Part shown: positions 57,701 to 61,040 of the stretch, one piece after another
Layout of the letters: each line of letters begins with the position of its first letter
Position numbering within the stretch: the stretch's first letter is position 1
DNA from: a virus
Taxonomy: Duplodnaviria; Caudoviricetes
IMG/VR virus record: IMGVR_UViG_3300033233_000042
Span: 1-61,040 of that record
DNA: 61,040 nt
Reading direction: 5' to 3' (one strand)
Made by a program: the position numbers and the translations under genes
Notes under the pieces: generated by a model
What the model saw: the letters and a program-made list of their open reading frames with translations, nothing else
Told to the model about the DNA's origin: nothing
Databases searched by the model: none

Positions 57701-59176
57701 TTATTTCCCTTTCTCCTGCTCTTTGGCTTCCTGAACAAGTGCCGCCTCCCTCGCTCTCTGTATCATAACTTTTATCCTATCCTTATGCGGAATAGGTAGT
57801 AGCTCTATCGCTACCTCGGGCGGTATAAGACCACGTGCGTTCAGTTCTAGGACAAGCGTAGTAAAATTCTGCAAGAGAACAGGAGATGTGGTGTGGGCAT
57901 ATACCTCTACCCTGAGGGGCGTCTTTGCCAGAAGAGGAAACTTGTCTGTGCACAGGACTTTATACATGGCATACAGGGTCATTACACGTTCGATGAATTG
58001 CTCAAATTTGAGGGCACGGACAATCACTTCCGAAGATGCAAACTGAGATGCTAAGAGAGCATGTGTGTATGACCTTACATTCTTGGCGCTGTGACCAAGC
58101 ATGACTTCCGATATGCCGACTGTATCCAGGATGTTTCTCTCATACCGGTCAGACAAGGTAGAAAGAACACCTGGATCTATCTTGGGAACAACTTCTTCTA
58201 CAGCCATGTCCGGACTATCTACGAGAACTACACCAGAAGGCTTCCTTAGCTCGTTAACTACATCCTCTCTAGTTAAAAGACCCTGGAAGGACTTCAGGAT
58301 GACCGGAGGATAGGCTAATCTCTCCACCAAGGAAGGAAGCTGTTCTTCTATGTCGTTTATCCCTTCCTGTGCCGGTATGCACTGCTCGCCGTTTACAAAG
58401 CCATAGATATTGCCAGGAAGGTAAGATGGGACGTAGAAGGCGAAAGGATGATCAGATACGAATGGGGATTTGAAGTGGTCACGAATGGTATAATCTAAAC
58501 CCAGTGTGGCCACATAGCACGAACCCTCTCCTGGGTCTTTATACCAGACTTCGTAGACTTCGTAATACTCGTTCGGGTTTAAATCTGTGATGCGTGTGAG
58601 TTCGTCTGTAGAGCCTACTACATCGAAGAATCTGCTAAAGGGAGAAACTGTTCTGTCTGGAATAGATACCTTGCCGAACCGCTTTTCATACTCGTCTCTA
58701 CCCATACGGAGCACATAAACAAGAATCTGTGAGTCGTCGTCCATCTCTAGGTCGGGATAATAGAAAAGAATATCGAAAGGAAAGACTGGACGGAATTTGA
58801 CACCGTCTTTTCTAGGTTCTACACGGAGACCAATAAAACCCCAGAGCTCGCCTAGTTTGGCTAAATCATACAGAATGACATCTACACCCTCTCTGTAAAA
58901 ACCATCCTGCACCTCCTTTAGCAGAGCATCCGATACGTCTGGTTGGAGCTCAAAAATGACATTGTCAGAACGATAGATCAGAGAGGAAATTAAGTTGATA
59001 TATCTGCGAAGAACATTCTTGGAAGTTCGGATGTCTATGAATGACTCTAGGACACGTAGGTATCTATCCACTAAAGCAGGACGTCTGGATATGCAAGTGG
59101 ATACGATCTCCCGAAGCTCTTCCTCAGATTTGCGCCTGTCCTGCTTAATAAATTTCTCAGATTCCACTACCTTCAT
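57701..59176 (-). CDS. Portal protein, copy B
   Basis: Orthologue of 16446-17921. Confidence 0.75.
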   Translation of the reverse strand: MKVVESEKFIKQDRRKSEEELREIVSTCISRRPALVDRYLRVLESFIDIRTSKNVLRRYINLISSLIYRSDNVIFELQPDVSDALLKEVQDGFYREGVDVILYDLAKLGELWGFIGLRVEPRKDGVKFRPVFPFDILFYYPDLEMDDDSQILVYVLRMGRDEYEKRFGKVSIPDRTVSPFSRFFDVVGSTDELTRITDLNPNEYYEVYEVWYKDPGEGSCYVATLGLDYTIRDHFKSPFVSDHPFAFYVPSYLPGNIYGFVNGEQCIPAQEGINDIEEQLPSLVERLAYPPVILKSFQGLLTREDVVNELRKPSGVVLVDSPDMAVEEVVPKIDPGVLSTLSDRYERNILDTVGISEVMLGHSAKNVRSYTHALLASQFASSEVIVRALKFEQFIERVMTLYAMYKVLCTDKFPLLAKTPLRVEVYAHTTSPVLLQNFTTLVLELNARGLIPPEVAIELLPIPHKDRIKVMIQRAREAALVQEAKEQEKGK

Positions 59177-59436
59177 AGCTCGCCTTTCTTAACACCAGAT
59201 TTGCCGTAGGCTTCATACCTAACCGGGTTGGACTTAAACACATCCGCTATGCCAGAAAAATCTTCCACATGCGCCTCTCTACTAAGAAGAGAACGAGCTT
59301 CGGACATGTCTATGTAACCAGGAGAAGAGAGTAACCGCTGGTTTTGTTTAGCCTGATACCGACCCTCCTCGCACTGCTCCAACAACCTTTCCTGTAACTG
59401 AGAACGCTTGCCTTTTACGATAATATACATGGCCAC
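59173..59436 (-). CDS. Hypothetical protein (87 aa), copy B
   Basis: Orthologue of 17918-18181. Confidence 0.7.
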   Translation of the reverse strand: MAMYIIVKGKRSQLQERLLEQCEEGRYQAKQNQRLLSSPGYIDMSEARSLLSREAHVEDFSGIADVFKSNPVRYEAYGKSGVKKGEL

Positions 59437-59487
59437 CTCCTAGAGTAATCCAAGATAACAATAACAAAAAGAAAGAAAAAAGCAAGA

Positions 59488-59591
59488 GAAAAATAAATGC
59501 CCGATAGGCAAGAACTTAACCTACCGGGCAAAACTGCTTGATCCTGAACCTCTCCCCAGAGATATAATAGACAAAGACCAGGAGATGTCAA
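59488..59591 (-). ncRNA. Candidate promoter + ~70-nt small RNA + terminator cassette, copy B only
   Basis: Minus strand TTGACA(59591-59586)-N16-TATTAT, then an 11-bp stem TGCCCGGTAGG/CCTATCGGGCA with one G-U pair and TTTATTTTT. Confidence 0.45.
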
Positions 59592-59675
59592 TGGAATTTT
59601 ATCGGTGGGGGGAGGGATGACACGGCGCCCAGCAATAGCATCCGATCCGTCCCATTGGCGTAGTGCGCACTATCT

Positions 59676-59739
59676 GAATGACCGTTCAGTCACGCAAGGA
59701 ATGACCGACTAGTCACTACGTGAATGACCATTCAGTCAC
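59676..59739. repeat. Three tandem GAATGAC-N5-AGTCAC units, copy B
   Basis: Units start at 59676, 59699 and 59722. Confidence 0.85.
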
Positions 59740-59806
59740 CCAAGAGCAAGGAAGCAATGGTTCCCATAGAAACTTAACTGGCGCCAAGTAAGGCTTGCGT
59801 AAGCTT

Positions 59807-59825
59807 AGGAATGATTATCGTTATC
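59807..59825 (-). promoter_or_regulatory. Fur-box-like site, copy B
   Basis: GATAACGATAATCATTCCT, 15/19 match to the Fur consensus. Confidence 0.45.
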
Positions 59826-60949
59826 GATATAGCAAGCCAAACATAAGTAAAGCAAAGACTTGCCAATGATTAGCAATTGCAAAGAACAAGCTCGTTGAAT
59901 AATCAGCAAGGAAGCAATCGATAATCGTTCTTGTTCGCAAAGAGAAAGCAACCGTTCGATTAATTCTAAGGCTAACAGAAAACTAAGAAGAAGCTAGCCG
60001 AAGTTAGCTAAGCCTAACCGAATAGCTAAGCACAAACAAAGCAAGGAAAGATAAAACGACTAAGAGAAGAAAAACTAAGCTAAGCAAGGCAACCGAACAA
60101 CCTTTAGGCTAACCACTAGGAAGAACAAACAATCGTTAGCCACTAACGCTTAGGCCTAGGTTGCTAAGCTTGCTAGGGAAGAAACTATGAAGCTATGGCC
60201 GGCTATGATTGACTATGATGAGCCTTAAACAAGCGTTTAAATTGACCCAAGTTGCCGAAATTACTAGAGAAAACACGAAAATTTGTGCTCTAGTTGCTAA
60301 TGGTTGTTATTTGCATTTAAACAAGCGTTTAACATGATCTAAGTAGTTGAAAATACTAGGGATAGTCGGAAAATTAGTCTCACCTAACCCTTTGGCCTCT
60401 TGGGATTTTTAAATTTCGTGGAAACTTTTTGTCTAGAACACATAGTCGTTAGTCTTTGTTAATGTAATCAAATACTTAGATTTTGTTCTTAAACAAGACG
60501 ACTATATTACCTAGATGGAATATTTCAATGATTTTAGGTAGTTAGATCAACATCGTAGTATGAGACTAACTTGACAAACCATAGTCGACTATGATGGGAA
60601 GCTAGATATTCCAAAGCCGTCTTTGGAATGTCAAGAAAATGAGATCAATTTTTTTATTTTCTAGGGGGTAATACTTTCTTTCACGAAGTTAATTTCCCAA
60701 GAGAGGGAATACTAGCTAGAGGGAAGAATAGCAAATTTTCCCTTCCTAGTCAAACAAAAAGAGGGAAGTTTCCCTTCTTGGATGTTAAGGAAGATCTTCT
60801 CTTTGCTAACCAAAAGGTTGCTTTGCTAACCGATATTGCTTCCATATTGGCGAACAGGCTTTCTTCTTCGGCTAAGGGATGGATTTTTTCTTTCTGGTAG
60901 TCTTGCCTTTGCTTCCCAAAGTTTCCTTCTCTTGGCATAAACGAATAAC

Positions 60950-60978
60950 TTGACAAAAACTTGTGTCTTAGGTATAAG
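60950..60978 (+). promoter_or_regulatory. Sigma70-type early promoter, copy B
   Basis: Identical to 19365-19393, followed by the RBS and the amidoligase ATG at 61032. Confidence 0.85.
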
Positions 60979-61040
60979 CTATATTGCGTTTAACCACAAA
61001 CTATAACTTAAACCAAAAGGAGGGTTTTAAAATGGCTTTT

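Larger units (their letters stand above)
1..61040. mobile_element. Tailed dsDNA bacteriophage (podovirus-like), ~1.5 tandem divergent genome copies
   Basis: Terminase large subunit, portal-, capsid- and nozzle-like genes, S74-chaperone fibres and a cell-wall hydrolase are present. No tape measure, sheath or host housekeeping genes were seen. Confidence 0.95.
41052..61040 (+). repeat. Copy B of long diverged direct repeat (homologous to 1-19455)
   Basis: Orthologous ORFs in identical order. The last 118 nt (60923-61040) are identical to 19338-19455. Confidence 0.97.

Noticed and set aside
1-61040. Integrated prophage with att sites, or stop-codon recoding
   Set aside because: No integrase, att core or host genes lie in the window, and standard-code ORFs tile the sequence densely with all three stops used.

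Overview
The window is entirely phage DNA: about 1.5 head-to-tail copies of a ~41.1-41.6 kb podovirus-like tailed bacteriophage genome, and the two copies are related but clearly diverged. Positions 1-19455 (copy A) are homologous to 41052-61040 (copy B). One full unit has four parts. (i) A ~1.2-1.6 kb non-coding control/terminus region rich in operator-like palindromes. (ii) A rightward early/replication arm (19447-33612): amidoligase plus class II glutamine amidotransferase, Dam-like methyltransferase, SMC-like ATPase, RecT, MBL hydrolase, XRE HTH, resolvase-like nuclease, AEP-like primase with CHC2 zinc finger and UvrD-like helicase. No DNA polymerase or integrase was recognised. (iii) A leftward morphogenesis arm (59436 down to 33874): portal, modular fibre genes, lysis cassette, second fibre locus, scaffold, capsid, two adaptor paralogues, nozzle, ejection proteins and finally the large terminase. 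(iv) Several small unannotated genes and structured intergenic elements. Core head genes differ between copies mostly by synonymous changes, while the receptor-binding loci are replaced or reshuffled. The most notable observations are the tandem of divergent genomes (real or an assembly chimera), a 15-aa protamine-like mini-gene enclosed in a conserved 17-19 bp inverted repeat, an array of Fur/IHF/TetR-like sites, and several candidate small RNAs. All product calls come from motif recognition and synteny by eye, not database searches.
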